Translations under genes and position numbers: made by a program
Shown: piece after piece, positions 19,416 through 28,685 of the stretch
How positions within the stretch are numbered: position 1 is the stretch's first letter
Layout: each line of letters begins with the position of its first letter
NCBI GenBank assembly: GCA_965223265.1
Contig: OZ244999.1
Span: 4,864,001 to 4,928,000, forward strand
DNA length: 64,000 bases
From: Planctomycetota bacterium
Lineage (GTDB): Bacteria; Planctomycetota; UBA8108; SXIK01
Direction of reading: 5' to 3'
Notes under the pieces: generated by a model
What the model saw: the letters and a program-made list of their open reading frames with translations, nothing else
Database searches by the model: none
What the model was told of the DNA's origin: nothing

Positions 19416-22349
19416 CTACTTGGTTCGCGCGAAACTTAACTCGACACGCTCGAGCACCGCGAAACGATCGCCGTTGTCCGAGTGAAACGTGGCGCGATAC
19501 TGCACGTAGCGCGCCGTCACGTCGAGCTTGAAAGCACCTACGTCGTCCACCGCACGCCAGTCCGCGTGCGCAAGCGCCTTGCTCGTCGCTGCCGCGCGCA
19601 CGTGAAACTCGAGACGATACCCCTCGCCCTCCGCTGCCTGCCAGCTCAGTGTGCCGCCACCGCTGACTCCCGGGAGTTGATGCACCGACGAGATGTAGCG
19701 CTGCTCCCACTTGCGGTCATCGATCCGCCCCATGTCCTGCTGCCACATCCAGTGCGTTCCGTGCGTCGGCAGGCGAACAACGCGCGGCGCGCGAAAACGT
19801 TCGCCGTCGTTGTAGTAGATCAACGAATCGGTGTAGTGGTTGCCGTCGCGGCTATGGCACGAGACCGCAAGATCGAGACGTCCGTCGCGATCGAAGTCCG
19901 CCGCCAGAGCATCGTGCGCCGAATCGCTGCTCAGTGCGGTTTTTCGTCGCGGGTGGAAACCATCCGGACCGCCCCAATAGAGGTACGAGGCGAGCGACTC
20001 ACGCATACGCTCGGCAACGTAGTGCGGCGAGAAGATGTCTAAGTGACCATCGCCGTCGAAATCGGCGACACAGATCCCGACCGGCGCCCACGCCGGAAGT
20101 CGCTGTGCGTCGAAGTGCTGAAAGCCATCGGGGCGACCCCAAAGAATCAAGAGCCCCATGTCGTGGGCGTGCGTCACGGGATCGCGATAACTGCCGACGA
20201 TGAGGTCGAGGTGGCCATCGGCGTTGAGGTCTGCCGTCTCTATCGCGATTGGCGACGGCACCGCGACCGTAAGCTGCCGCTCAGCGTCGAATCCGCTTCC
20301 ACCACCCCAAAAAACGCGCACGCGATGTTCGTACATACTCGTCACGGCGATGTCGAGCCAACTGTCGCGGTTGAAGTCGGCAATCACCGAACCGATCGAT
20401 CGGCCAGGCGATGGAATCGCGACGCGGCGCTCTGGCCCGAATCCATCTTCGCCGCCGTAGTAGATGAGCAGCGGCGTCGGCGCGTCCGAAGTGGCGGCAT
20501 CGAAGACACCGAGGACGAGATCAAGATAGCCGTCGCGGTTTAGATCTGCCGTGTTGCTCGTCCCCAGCAGCCGCTCGCGCAGCACGCTGCGGCGCGAGCC
20601 AAAATCAAAGCCGCCGGCACCGCCCCAAAAGATGTTGGCTCCACCGTGCGGATCGTCGAGGGCGCCGCCGTGCTGCGAGTTGATCGCCACGAGATCGACA
20701 AACCCATCGCGGTCGAGGTCGGCGCTCGTCGCCTCATAGCCGCTGCGAAACGGAATCTCAGTGCGACGTTCAGGGCGAAAACCTTCCGCGCTTCCCCAGT
20801 AGAGGTGGAGCGGCACGATCTCGTCGACCGCGCCGCCGAGGCTGTTCGCGAACACGACGCGAGCAGGCAGTCCCGCGGGGGCGTCAACTGCTGGTGCGAT
20901 GGCGACATCGGTCGCGCCTTCGCTTCGCATGCCTTCAACGCCTCGCCGCAGCGTCCGTGTGCCGTCTCCGAAGTAAACCCGCGAGTCAGTCGCGAATGTC
21001 TTCTCGCCTTGATGCACGGCGACGACGAGGTCGGTCTCACCGTCACCATCGACGTCGCCGATCGCGGCTGCGGCTGCGGCAGGGATCGAGAGACGCAGCG
21101 CCGCCGAGCGCGCGAACCCCTCAGCGCTCCCCCACACCACGCGCACTTCGCCGCGCTCGCCTTCGGCGCCCGCCGCTTCACCACCCGCGGCGCGTGCTGA
21201 TGTGAAATCGGTGAGCACAACGTCGCTCCAACCGTCTCCGTCCAAATCACCGGTGGCGATTCGAGTCGCAGGAAACGCGTCGTAGGAGCGCATCGGCCGG
21301 GAGTTTCGATCCTTGTCAACGGCGACGACGTCAAGCGCCGAGCGCGCTGCTGTTGTCCCGACCAAGAGTTCGACCTTGCCGTCCCCTTCCAGATCTGCTG
21401 CCTCCATGCACGTCGCGTCGCGCCCCGGGAGTGACGCCTCAGAAATCTTAAAAGGTGCGGCGGTGCCTGATTTCCGAGCTGCCACGTCAGTCTTAGTGTC
21501 CGGTGCATTAGGCGCGGCAGTCGCCCAAAAGAAATGGATGCCATCGGGCTGCAGCACCGCCAGATCGCGCTGACCGTCAGCGTCAAAGTCGCCCGCCGCC
21601 AGATCGACCGCCGCTTCAACAGCCGCGTCATAGCGATTCAAGACAGCAAACCCGGTCGGTGCGCCCCAGTAGATCCGTACGATTCTTCCACGCGGCTGGG
21701 AAGGCAGCCACGGCGCACCGCAGAGGATCGCGACGTCCGGCCAGCCGTCCGCATTGAGGTCACAGACGTTGACATCGGCGGCGTCGTGAACCGGCAGCAT
21801 GCCACTGCTGCGACGGGCCGACCAACCGTCCACCCCGCCCCAAAGAATCGTCAGGAGGCGCCGCGGATGCTGAAGCCCACTGTAGTTCGGGCAAAAGACG
21901 GCGTCGAGGTGGCCGTCGAGATTCAGGTCATGCAGCATCACGCGCGTGCTGCCTTCGACAGCGAGCGGCGTCGACGTGATGCGCCGGGCGTCGCTCCCTG
22001 AGGCACGCTCGACCGTCGCCTGCGTCGCGGGGACGAAGAACACAAGGTCGTGAGTGCTGTTGAAAATCAGGTCCAGGTGGCCGTCTTGATTGAGGTCAAA
22101 ACGATGGATCGTGCGCACGGCGCCGTCGCGACTGACGTAGAGGTTCTGCCCTGCACCGTCGAGTGTACCGTCAGCGAAGTCCTCGAAGGTCGCCTCCGTC
22201 CACGTCCAGCTATCGGCTCCCGCCCCTCGCGAGATGCAGACGGCGAGCGCGCCAGCGACGGTGAGCGCCATCGTTCTTCCCATGCACGCCGACGACGTCG
22301 CCGGTCGTTGCTTCTTTGCAGAGTCGATTCTTTCGATCGATCGGTTCAT
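19416..22349 (-). CDS. Secreted FG-GAP/VCBS repeat protein
   Basis: More than ten D(L/F)NxDGxxD repeats followed by (I/L)xWG; signal peptide MALTVAGALAV...AGA. True start may be ~22283. Confidence 0.9.
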   Translation of the reverse strand: MNRSIERIDSAKKQRPATSSACMGRTMALTVAGALAVCISRGAGADSWTWTEATFEDFADGTLDGAGQNLYVSRDGAVRTIHRFDLNQDGHLDLIFNSTHDLVFFVPATQATVERASGSDARRITSTPLAVEGSTRVMLHDLNLDGHLDAVFCPNYSGLQHPRRLLTILWGGVDGWSARRSSGMLPVHDAADVNVCDLNADGWPDVAILCGAPWLPSQPRGRIVRIYWGAPTGFAVLNRYDAAVEAAVDLAAGDFDADGQRDLAVLQPDGIHFFWATAAPNAPDTKTDVAARKSGTAAPFKISEASLPGRDATCMEAADLEGDGKVELLVGTTAARSALDVVAVDKDRNSRPMRSYDAFPATRIATGDLDGDGWSDVVLTDFTSARAAGGEAAGAEGERGEVRVVWGSAEGFARSAALRLSIPAAAAAAIGDVDGDGETDLVVAVHQGEKTFATDSRVYFGDGTRTLRRGVEGMRSEGATDVAIAPAVDAPAGLPARVVFANSLGGAVDEIVPLHLYWGSAEGFRPERRTEIPFRSGYEATSADLDRDGFVDLVAINSQHGGALDDPHGGANIFWGGAGGFDFGSRRSVLRERLLGTSNTADLNRDGYLDLVLGVFDAATSDAPTPLLIYYGGEDGFGPERRVAIPSPGRSIGSVIADFNRDSWLDIAVTSMYEHRVRVFWGGGSGFDAERQLTVAVPSPIAIETADLNADGHLDLIVGSYRDPVTHAHDMGLLILWGRPDGFQHFDAQRLPAWAPVGICVADFDGDGHLDIFSPHYVAERMRESLASYLYWGGPDGFHPRRKTALSSDSAHDALAADFDRDGRLDLAVSCHSRDGNHYTDSLIYYNDGERFRAPRVVRLPTHGTHWMWQQDMGRIDDRKWEQRYISSVHQLPGVSGGGTLSWQAAEGEGYRLEFHVRAAATSKALAHADWRAVDDVGAFKLDVTARYVQYRATFHSDNGDRFAVLERVELSFARTK

Positions 22350-22541
22350 GTTCGCTGCGCCAACGTCTTCATAGTCCAGCCCACCGGCGCCGCGGGTACG
22401 CCGTCGTGACCCGCGGCCGCTTTCACTGCAGCACGGTTTCTTGCATGCGGCCAGAGGCTACGGTGGACATTGTATGAATCGGCGATGCGGGGACGCAACC
22501 AACTCGAGAGCAGCGGGCTGGGCCTCTTCGCAGGTGTACCT

Positions 22542-22570
22542 TTGACATCGCGGCGCCTGGCCGCGAAGAT
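22542..22570 (+). promoter_or_regulatory. Possible sigma70 promoter for the LamG gene
   Basis: TTGACA-N17-GAAGAT, about 50 bp upstream of ATG 22619. Confidence 0.35.
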
Positions 22571-22618
22571 TCAACTCTCATTCGTCATCGAGCAGCACTT
22601 TAGTCAGCGTATGCGAAC

Positions 22619-23335
22619 ATGGAGAGTCGTGAACCCGTGAACTGCACGAGACCAATCTTGGCTCTGGTGCTACTCGCCGCGAGTGGCTGCACGAGCGCGC
22701 GCGAGACCGACTCGGAATTCTTCGGGCCCGAGGGCGACTCCGCCGTCTGGCGGCTCGATCGCATAGACACACTCGGCGGCTTGCCCGCCACCGTGCTCGG
22801 CGCACCTCAGCTCATCGAGACTCCCGACGGTGCGGCGGTCGCGTTCGACGGTGTGGACGATGCACTTCTCCTCGACACCCACCCGCTGATCGGGCTTAAA
22901 GAGTTCACCGTCGAGGTCGTGTTTCGTCCTGACGTTGACGGCGCCAAAGAGCAGCGTTTTTTCCACATGCAGTCCGCAACAAACGACGACCGCATCCTCT
23001 TCGAGACGCGTCTTACCGGTGACGGCCACTGGTTTCTCGACACGTTCATTCGCTCGGGTGATCAGTCGCTCACGCTTTACGCCGAGGATTTCATTCATCC
23101 CACCGGTCGCTGGTACCACGCTGCGATCACCGTCGACGACGCCCACTTCCGACACTTCGTCGACGGCAAACTCGAGTTGGAAACGCCGATCACCTACACG
23201 CCACAGCCCGCGGGTCGCCTGTCTCTCGGAGTCCGCATCAACCGCGTCCATTGGTTCAAGGGCGCGGTGCGTGCCATCCGCTTCACGCCGCGTGCGCTCT
23301 CCATCCAAGAAGTCGCCAAGCTGTCACCACCGTGA
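22619..23335 (+). CDS. LamG (ConA-like) domain lipoprotein
   Basis: Lipobox LAASGC; AFDGVDD, FTVEV, GRWYHAAI, FVDGKLE, FKGAV...IRF..RAL. Confidence 0.88.
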   Translation: MESREPVNCTRPILALVLLAASGCTSARETDSEFFGPEGDSAVWRLDRIDTLGGLPATVLGAPQLIETPDGAAVAFDGVDDALLLDTHPLIGLKEFTVEVVFRPDVDGAKEQRFFHMQSATNDDRILFETRLTGDGHWFLDTFIRSGDQSLTLYAEDFIHPTGRWYHAAITVDDAHFRHFVDGKLELETPITYTPQPAGRLSLGVRINRVHWFKGAVRAIRFTPRALSIQEVAKLSPP

Positions 23336-23434
23336 AGCTTTCTTCGCCTCGGCTGGCCGCGCATCGCAAACGGTGTAGCTTCCACTCGCCCCCTCTGTGG
23401 CTCGACCGACGGATCGCGCTGCGGTCTCAAGGCT

Positions 23435-23986
23435 TTACGATCGCTCGCGCGGCGCCTCTCCACCCCACGGCTCCACCTCAACGAGGCACTCGTCTTCGCA
23501 CAGGTCGCAGTGTTCAGGGCTCGGACAGACGACCTCGAACCCCTTCAAACGCTCTCGGAGCGCCTGGGCGTCCGCATCATCGGACTGCAAAAGGTCGACC
23601 AGAAGAAGCAGATGACGTGAAGTCTCGGGACTTAGCAAGTGCTCGATTTTGCAAGCATCGGCCTCGGCAAGCTCGGCCGGAAGAGCCAACACATCGCGAA
23701 GAAATGTGATGAAAATCGATCGGTTTCGGAGCACCTCGAGCGCCGCTTGCTCGCCCATTTCGGTCAGCTCAAGATGTCGCTTCTCATCCTCGGAGATGAA
23801 CCCCTTCTCGCGCAGCTGCTTGATCTGCCCCGACACCGAACCCTTTTGGACGTCGAGCTCCTCGGCGACATCCGACACCCGCGCGTAGCCACGCTCCTCA
23901 CGCAGGTTGTGAATCGTCGTCAGATAGTGCGCCGCGCTGTGCGACAGCTTGTGGGCGGCAAAGGATTTCCAGACGTCGTTGATCAT
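23435..23986 (-). CDS. DtxR/MntR family metal-dependent transcriptional regulator with Cys-rich tail
   Basis: HYLTTI...YARVSDVAEEL.V.KGSVS, LT..GEQAA, DACKIEHLLS; C-terminal CPSPEHCDLCEDEC. Confidence 0.9.
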   Translation of the reverse strand: MINDVWKSFAAHKLSHSAAHYLTTIHNLREERGYARVSDVAEELDVQKGSVSGQIKQLREKGFISEDEKRHLELTEMGEQAALEVLRNRSIFITFLRDVLALPAELAEADACKIEHLLSPETSRHLLLLVDLLQSDDADAQALRERLKGFEVVCPSPEHCDLCEDECLVEVEPWGGEAPRERS

Positions 23987-24181
23987 GTTCTGCGGTGCTC
24001 TGACCGACTCGACTAAGCCCCTTAGATTGTGAGTAGTATACTCTAAGATGTGGGTCGCCAAAAGCACCGAGGGAACCCCGGCGCGGCCCCTTGTCGACGA
24101 GCACGACCGTCGCCACAATAGCTGCTGGCGTCGGTGTTTGACGCGGTGGTAACGCCACGCTCAAGTGGATGTGCACCGGCT

Positions 24182-25450
24182 ATGACGCCGACACGTTCCA
24201 GAGAAACACCAAAAGAGAGCCGAACTACGGTGAAGTCGCAGCAACCAAGACCGCCCAGGAGCCAGAATCGACGCACTCTCACCGTCCTGTTGGTGTCGCT
24301 CCCGATGCTGTGCACACGACCGGCAGCCGCCGCGCCCGAAGACCCCGCAGTCGTAGCCGACTCGGCCCGCACGACCTCGCGGTCAGGCAAAAACAAGAGA
24401 CCAGCGCCCTTACCACCCGGCCTCAGCCCACTGCGCGTTGCCATCGAACAGATTCTCGTGCGCCACTCTCGCTCATTCGAGCCAAGCGCGAAGCCGCGAA
24501 CGATCGAAGACGCCCGCAAGATCGCGGCGCGAGCCCGCGAGCTCGTGGTGGCGGGTGAATTGACGTTTCACCGCGCCTGCGAGAAGTACTCTGACGATGC
24601 CGTGTCGCGGCGCCGTGGCGGCTTCATCGGCACGTTCGGTCGCTTCGAGCTGTCGTACGACATGCGTGCGGCGGATGCCGCCATCTTCACCCTAAAGCCA
24701 GGGGAGGTCTCCCACCCGGTGGAGACCCCGCTTGGGATCCACCTCTTTCGACGCATCGCCATCCGCGAGTGGGCTGGCGCGCACATCTTGGTTCAGTATG
24801 CTGGTGCCGAAAGGGCGCCGCCAACAGAGAAGAGAACGCGTGAAGATGCACAGCGCATCGCCGCGACGATTGCAGAAGCGGCACGCGGCGAGACAGACGC
24901 GGTGGGCAAGCGTCGCGCCATGGACAAGACAAGCTTCGCGCGCCTTGCCGCAGAAAAGTCGGAGTCCCCGGATGCGGCGACCGGCGGCGCACTCGGCACC
25001 TTCGGCCCCTACGAGATCCTACCAGCGTTGGAAAGCGCCATCTCGAAGCTGCGCATCGGAGAAGTCGGCGGCCCGGTCGAGTCACGCTTAGGTTGGCACG
25101 TCGTCCGTCGCGAGCCGGTGGGTTGGCTGCACGCAGCTCACATTCTGGTGCGCTACAAGGGTTGCCGCGACGACGACGGCGCGTCGCGATCACGCACCGA
25201 AGCTCTCAAGCACAGTCGCAAGATCCTCGAACTCGTGCGCGCACCAAGTGCCGATTTCTTTCAGCTCGCGCAGACGCACTCTGAGGACGGTGCCAGCGCG
25301 TCGCGCGGCGGTTCAGTCGGTGTCTTCGGCCCCGGTCGGATGGCACCGAAATTTGAAGCCGCGACGCGTGCGCTGAAGCTTGGCGGCGCCTCCGATGTGG
25401 TCGAAACCGATTTCGGATTTCACATCATCAAGCGCCTGCCGATCGAGTGA
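24182..25450 (+). CDS. Secreted parvulin-type peptidyl-prolyl isomerase with three PpiC domains
   Basis: Three repeats of (Q/H)ILV...SDD/SES/SED...GG.(I/L/V)G.F...VET/S..G(I/W/F)H; start uncertain. Confidence 0.9.
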   Translation: MTPTRSRETPKESRTTVKSQQPRPPRSQNRRTLTVLLVSLPMLCTRPAAAAPEDPAVVADSARTTSRSGKNKRPAPLPPGLSPLRVAIEQILVRHSRSFEPSAKPRTIEDARKIAARARELVVAGELTFHRACEKYSDDAVSRRRGGFIGTFGRFELSYDMRAADAAIFTLKPGEVSHPVETPLGIHLFRRIAIREWAGAHILVQYAGAERAPPTEKRTREDAQRIAATIAEAARGETDAVGKRRAMDKTSFARLAAEKSESPDAATGGALGTFGPYEILPALESAISKLRIGEVGGPVESRLGWHVVRREPVGWLHAAHILVRYKGCRDDDGASRSRTEALKHSRKILELVRAPSADFFQLAQTHSEDGASASRGGSVGVFGPGRMAPKFEAATRALKLGGASDVVETDFGFHIIKRLPIE

Positions 25451-25522
25451 CTCGCGACGCCGCGAGCCGCTCGGGACCCGTGGACGTCGGCGTCGGCTCA
25501 AGCCGCACGCAGGCTGGGCAGC

Positions 25523-25653
25523 CCGTCCGGTGTGTGGGTGTGGGCATGGCGTCCGCCGTGGAGGTGTCTCCGTATCTGAACCCGTATCCGAACTCTGTCT
25601 CCGTATCTGAACCCGTCCAACCCGTACCCGAATCCGAATCCGTATCCGACCCC
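25523..25653. repeat. Degenerate hexamer-phase repeat between convergent genes
   Basis: GTGTGGGTGTGGGC followed by GTCTCC GTATCT GAACCC GTATCC GAACTC...GAATCC GAATCC GTATCC GACCCC. Confidence 0.75.
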
Positions 25654-25682
25654 TGCGTCCGACTCCCTGGCCTGACACAAAG

Positions 25683-25991
25683 TCACGGACGCCGACAACG
25701 GATCAGGAGCGAGTCGGTGATCGCCGCTTCGCGCAGTGGACGGACGGCCTCGAAATCTGGATCGTGAACAAAGGCTTGAAACGCCTCCCAACTCGGCCAC
25801 TCGACGACGAACAGGAGATCAGCGTCGAACGTTCCGATCAGACTCTCCTCCGGCACGTACGATTCGAGCTTTCGGCCGCCGTGTCGCTTCAGAAGCGGGG
25901 CAGCGGTGCGAAGATATTCTCGGTACTTCGTGGCACCACCGTCGGGCTTGAACCACAGCGCGTTGAGCATAAAGATCGGAGTTTTCTCCAT
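25683..25991 (-). CDS. DUF1330 domain protein
   Basis: MLNALWF...YREY...RHGGR...VEWPSWEAF..F..DP.F...RPLREAAI; 102 aa. Confidence 0.85.
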   Translation of the reverse strand: MEKTPIFMLNALWFKPDGGATKYREYLRTAAPLLKRHGGRKLESYVPEESLIGTFDADLLFVVEWPSWEAFQAFVHDPDFEAVRPLREAAITDSLLIRCRRP

Positions 25992-26152
25992 TGTCCCTCG
26001 GTACACGTCGAGCACTCAATGGTCGAGACGTTCGAATCCGGCCGGAACCTGGCCACTGTGCGCATCAAAGCGAATGCCGCATCGTAGCGTGCGGGGAAGA
26101 AACAACCAACGCCGCGACGAGCTGAGCGGCGCTTGCACCGCGCGAGGAATGC

Positions 26153-26779
26153 GTGATGATGGCCTCCATGAATGAACTCGCCTCCACGTTCGGCTCGATC
26201 GACATTTACCTCTTCGATCAACTGCTGCGCGGCAGAATCGCGCCAGGCATGCGCATACTCGACGCCGGCTGCGGCGGCGGTCGCAATCTTTCCTATCTGC
26301 TGCAGGCTGGATATGACGTCTCGGGAGCTGACGACAACCCTGCCGCGATTGAATCCGTTCGACGTCTCGCAAGGCGCCTCGCACCAACAATACCTGCCGA
26401 CAACTTTCGCGTCGAGGTGATCGAGTCGATGTCGTTTCCCGAGGCACACTTCGACGTCGTGATCAGTAACGCCGTGCTACACTTCGCGCGGACAGACGAG
26501 CACTTCGCTGCGATGCTGCGAAGTAGCTGGCGGACGCTGGTGCCAGGAGGAGTTTTTTTCTGCCGTCTAGCTTCGACCATCGGCATGGAGACACGGATGC
26601 GCCGCATCGAAGGCCGCCGCTTTCGGGTGCCCGACGGCTCCGAGCGCTACCTTGTTGATGAGAAGATGCTCCTCGACTGGACCGACGCGCTCGGCGGCCA
26701 GCTCCTCGACCCGATCAAGACGACGATCGTTCAGGATCAACGCTGCATGACGACGTGGGTTCTACGCAAGCTTGGGTGA
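26153..26779 (+). CDS. Class I SAM-dependent methyltransferase
   Basis: ILDAGCGGGRN, FDVVISNAVLHF, LVPGG. Confidence 0.92.
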   Translation: MMMASMNELASTFGSIDIYLFDQLLRGRIAPGMRILDAGCGGGRNLSYLLQAGYDVSGADDNPAAIESVRRLARRLAPTIPADNFRVEVIESMSFPEAHFDVVISNAVLHFARTDEHFAAMLRSSWRTLVPGGVFFCRLASTIGMETRMRRIEGRRFRVPDGSERYLVDEKMLLDWTDALGGQLLDPIKTTIVQDQRCMTTWVLRKLG

Positions 26780-26817
26780 CGGCGTCGTCAGCTTGCAGTA
26801 CATCAGGGCCATCTGCG

Positions 26818-27876
26818 TCAGAGAGAATCCGCGTCGGCGAGCTCAAGGAGTACCTTTTCGAGCCCATGAACGACGCGGGCCAGCCGCTCGAAGTCGATTT
26901 TATCGACGGTGTCAGTCGCTTCGTGGTAGTGCGGGTACCGAAACGGTGCCGTGTCGGTCACCATGAGCGCCGGGTATCCCTGCTCGTAGAAAGACCAGTG
27001 ATCCGACCAGCCGACTCCCGGAATCATGTCGACAATCGCTGCGCCCTCGGAAGGAAACTGCGCGTGAGATCGAAACGATCCGATGACTCGGCGCACCCAA
27101 CGGCGCGAGCCGGCGTTGCCGACGAAGCCAATGAAGTTCCCCCGGGATGGATAGAACAGGCTGAAGGGGAACGGGTATTGTTGGCTGCCGTCGCTGTCGT
27201 CGTAAAACCCCATGGTCTCGAGACTGATCATGCCAACAATGGGATCATCGTGTTCGCTACATCTCTTGGCATAGACCAAGCTCCCCATCGCCTCCGTCTG
27301 AAAGTAGGGCGGCTCTTCGTTGACGAACGCGACGAAGCGCAGCGTACGCTTCAAACGATGCCCTGCTAGCCGCTCGGCAAGGACCAGCGTTGCCGCCGCG
27401 CCGGTGCCGTTGTCGTTGGCACCGACGGTACCGTAGGCGGAGTCGTAGTGCCCCCCGACGACAAGGATCTCTTCATTCGAGTTGCCGTCGCCGTCCGGGA
27501 CTCCTGTGCCTTTGAGCTCGGCGATGAGGTTGTGGACGGACTCTTCCCCGATGGCATAGCCGTGACGCTCCACTTCATAGCCGGCGCGACGAAAGCCCGC
27601 CTCGATGAGCGCCGCAGCAGCCTCGAGCGAACCAGGATGCGAGAGGTTCCGCTCGCCAATCCCCTCCGTGAGCTCGGTGACGTAGCGTTCAAGCTCGGCA
27701 GCAAGAGCGGTTTCGCTACTTGAGAGCTGTGGCAACTCGCCGTGATAACTTTCCCCGGGCATGGAGATCATACAGCTCAATCCGAGCGCGCAGAGACGGA
27801 CGAGGAGTGTCGACCGGATGACTGCACGGCGTGTGATCATAGGGATCCGAATCGGCTGTCTCCGAGAACGGATCAC
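26818..27876 (-). CDS. M28 family peptidase
   Basis: GGHYDS, GANDNGTG, FVNEEPP, SLETMG, SDHWSF, PHYHEATD. Confidence 0.93.
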   Translation of the reverse strand: MIRSRRQPIRIPMITRRAVIRSTLLVRLCALGLSCMISMPGESYHGELPQLSSSETALAAELERYVTELTEGIGERNLSHPGSLEAAAALIEAGFRRAGYEVERHGYAIGEESVHNLIAELKGTGVPDGDGNSNEEILVVGGHYDSAYGTVGANDNGTGAAATLVLAERLAGHRLKRTLRFVAFVNEEPPYFQTEAMGSLVYAKRCSEHDDPIVGMISLETMGFYDDSDGSQQYPFPFSLFYPSRGNFIGFVGNAGSRRWVRRVIGSFRSHAQFPSEGAAIVDMIPGVGWSDHWSFYEQGYPALMVTDTAPFRYPHYHEATDTVDKIDFERLARVVHGLEKVLLELADADSL

Positions 27877-28188
27877 GCTTTCTCACCGTCGAGGTCATCC
27901 CAAATTGCCATGGAGCCGCACCACATTACGGTATGATACCCGTGCTAGAGCACACAGCAAGTCAGCAGGACTGCGAGCGCCAACGGCGGCGCCCATAGCC
28001 TCGCGCCTATTCATGGAACATACGGAGCTCTCCACGCGTTGTGGATTCTGGTTCGGGCTGCTCGACGTCATCAGCTCAATTCGGAAGGAGTCCACAGCAA
28101 TGCGTCTTGCAGGGTCGCATATTAGGTACTTAGGTCATAGAGCTCACCTCCGCCGCCGAGGCGAGGATTTCTCACGGAGGTCAATGAA

Positions 28189-28611
28189 ATGGGCTGCTAC
28201 AACTCCACTGTCGTCAACGCCCCCATAGAGGCCGTTTGGAAAACTCTGAGCAACTTCCATGATCTCTCTTGGGCGCAGGGCGTCATCGAGTCGACGGAAA
28301 AGGTCGGCGATGCGCCGGCGAATCAGATCGGTGCTCGCCGCATCCTCAATGGCGTCTTTCATGAAACGCTCTTGGCACTGAACGAAACCGACCACTTCTT
28401 CGCCTACAGCATCGACGACGGCCCGGAGCCGGTCTCCAAGGACTGCGTCAGCGGCTATATCGGCGCTGTGCGGCTCTTCCCAGTGACTGACTCCAACGAC
28501 ACGTTCGTCGAATGGAGCTCGCGATGGGAATCGAGCCAGGGTGGTGTGGCGGAATTCTGCAATCCGATCTACACAGCGCTTCTTGACGCGCTCAAAAAAC
28601 ACTTCAACTAA
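28189..28611 (+). CDS. SRPBCC (START-like / polyketide cyclase) family protein
   Basis: VVNAPIEAVWKTLSNFHDL...GARR...ETLLAL...TFVEWSS. Confidence 0.88.
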   Translation: MGCYNSTVVNAPIEAVWKTLSNFHDLSWAQGVIESTEKVGDAPANQIGARRILNGVFHETLLALNETDHFFAYSIDDGPEPVSKDCVSGYIGAVRLFPVTDSNDTFVEWSSRWESSQGGVAEFCNPIYTALLDALKKHFN

Positions 28612-28685
28612 CCTAACGCCAAGGCCAAATTCCCCGCAACACCGCACGGGAGGCCAGAGATCGCGGTGCTGCTACGATTGGCGAC

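Noticed and set aside
27880-28188. Small ORF or riboswitch upstream of the SRPBCC gene
   Set aside because: An AAGGAG precedes ATG ~28100, but the peptide overlaps the next gene out of frame and no known RNA motif was recognisable.
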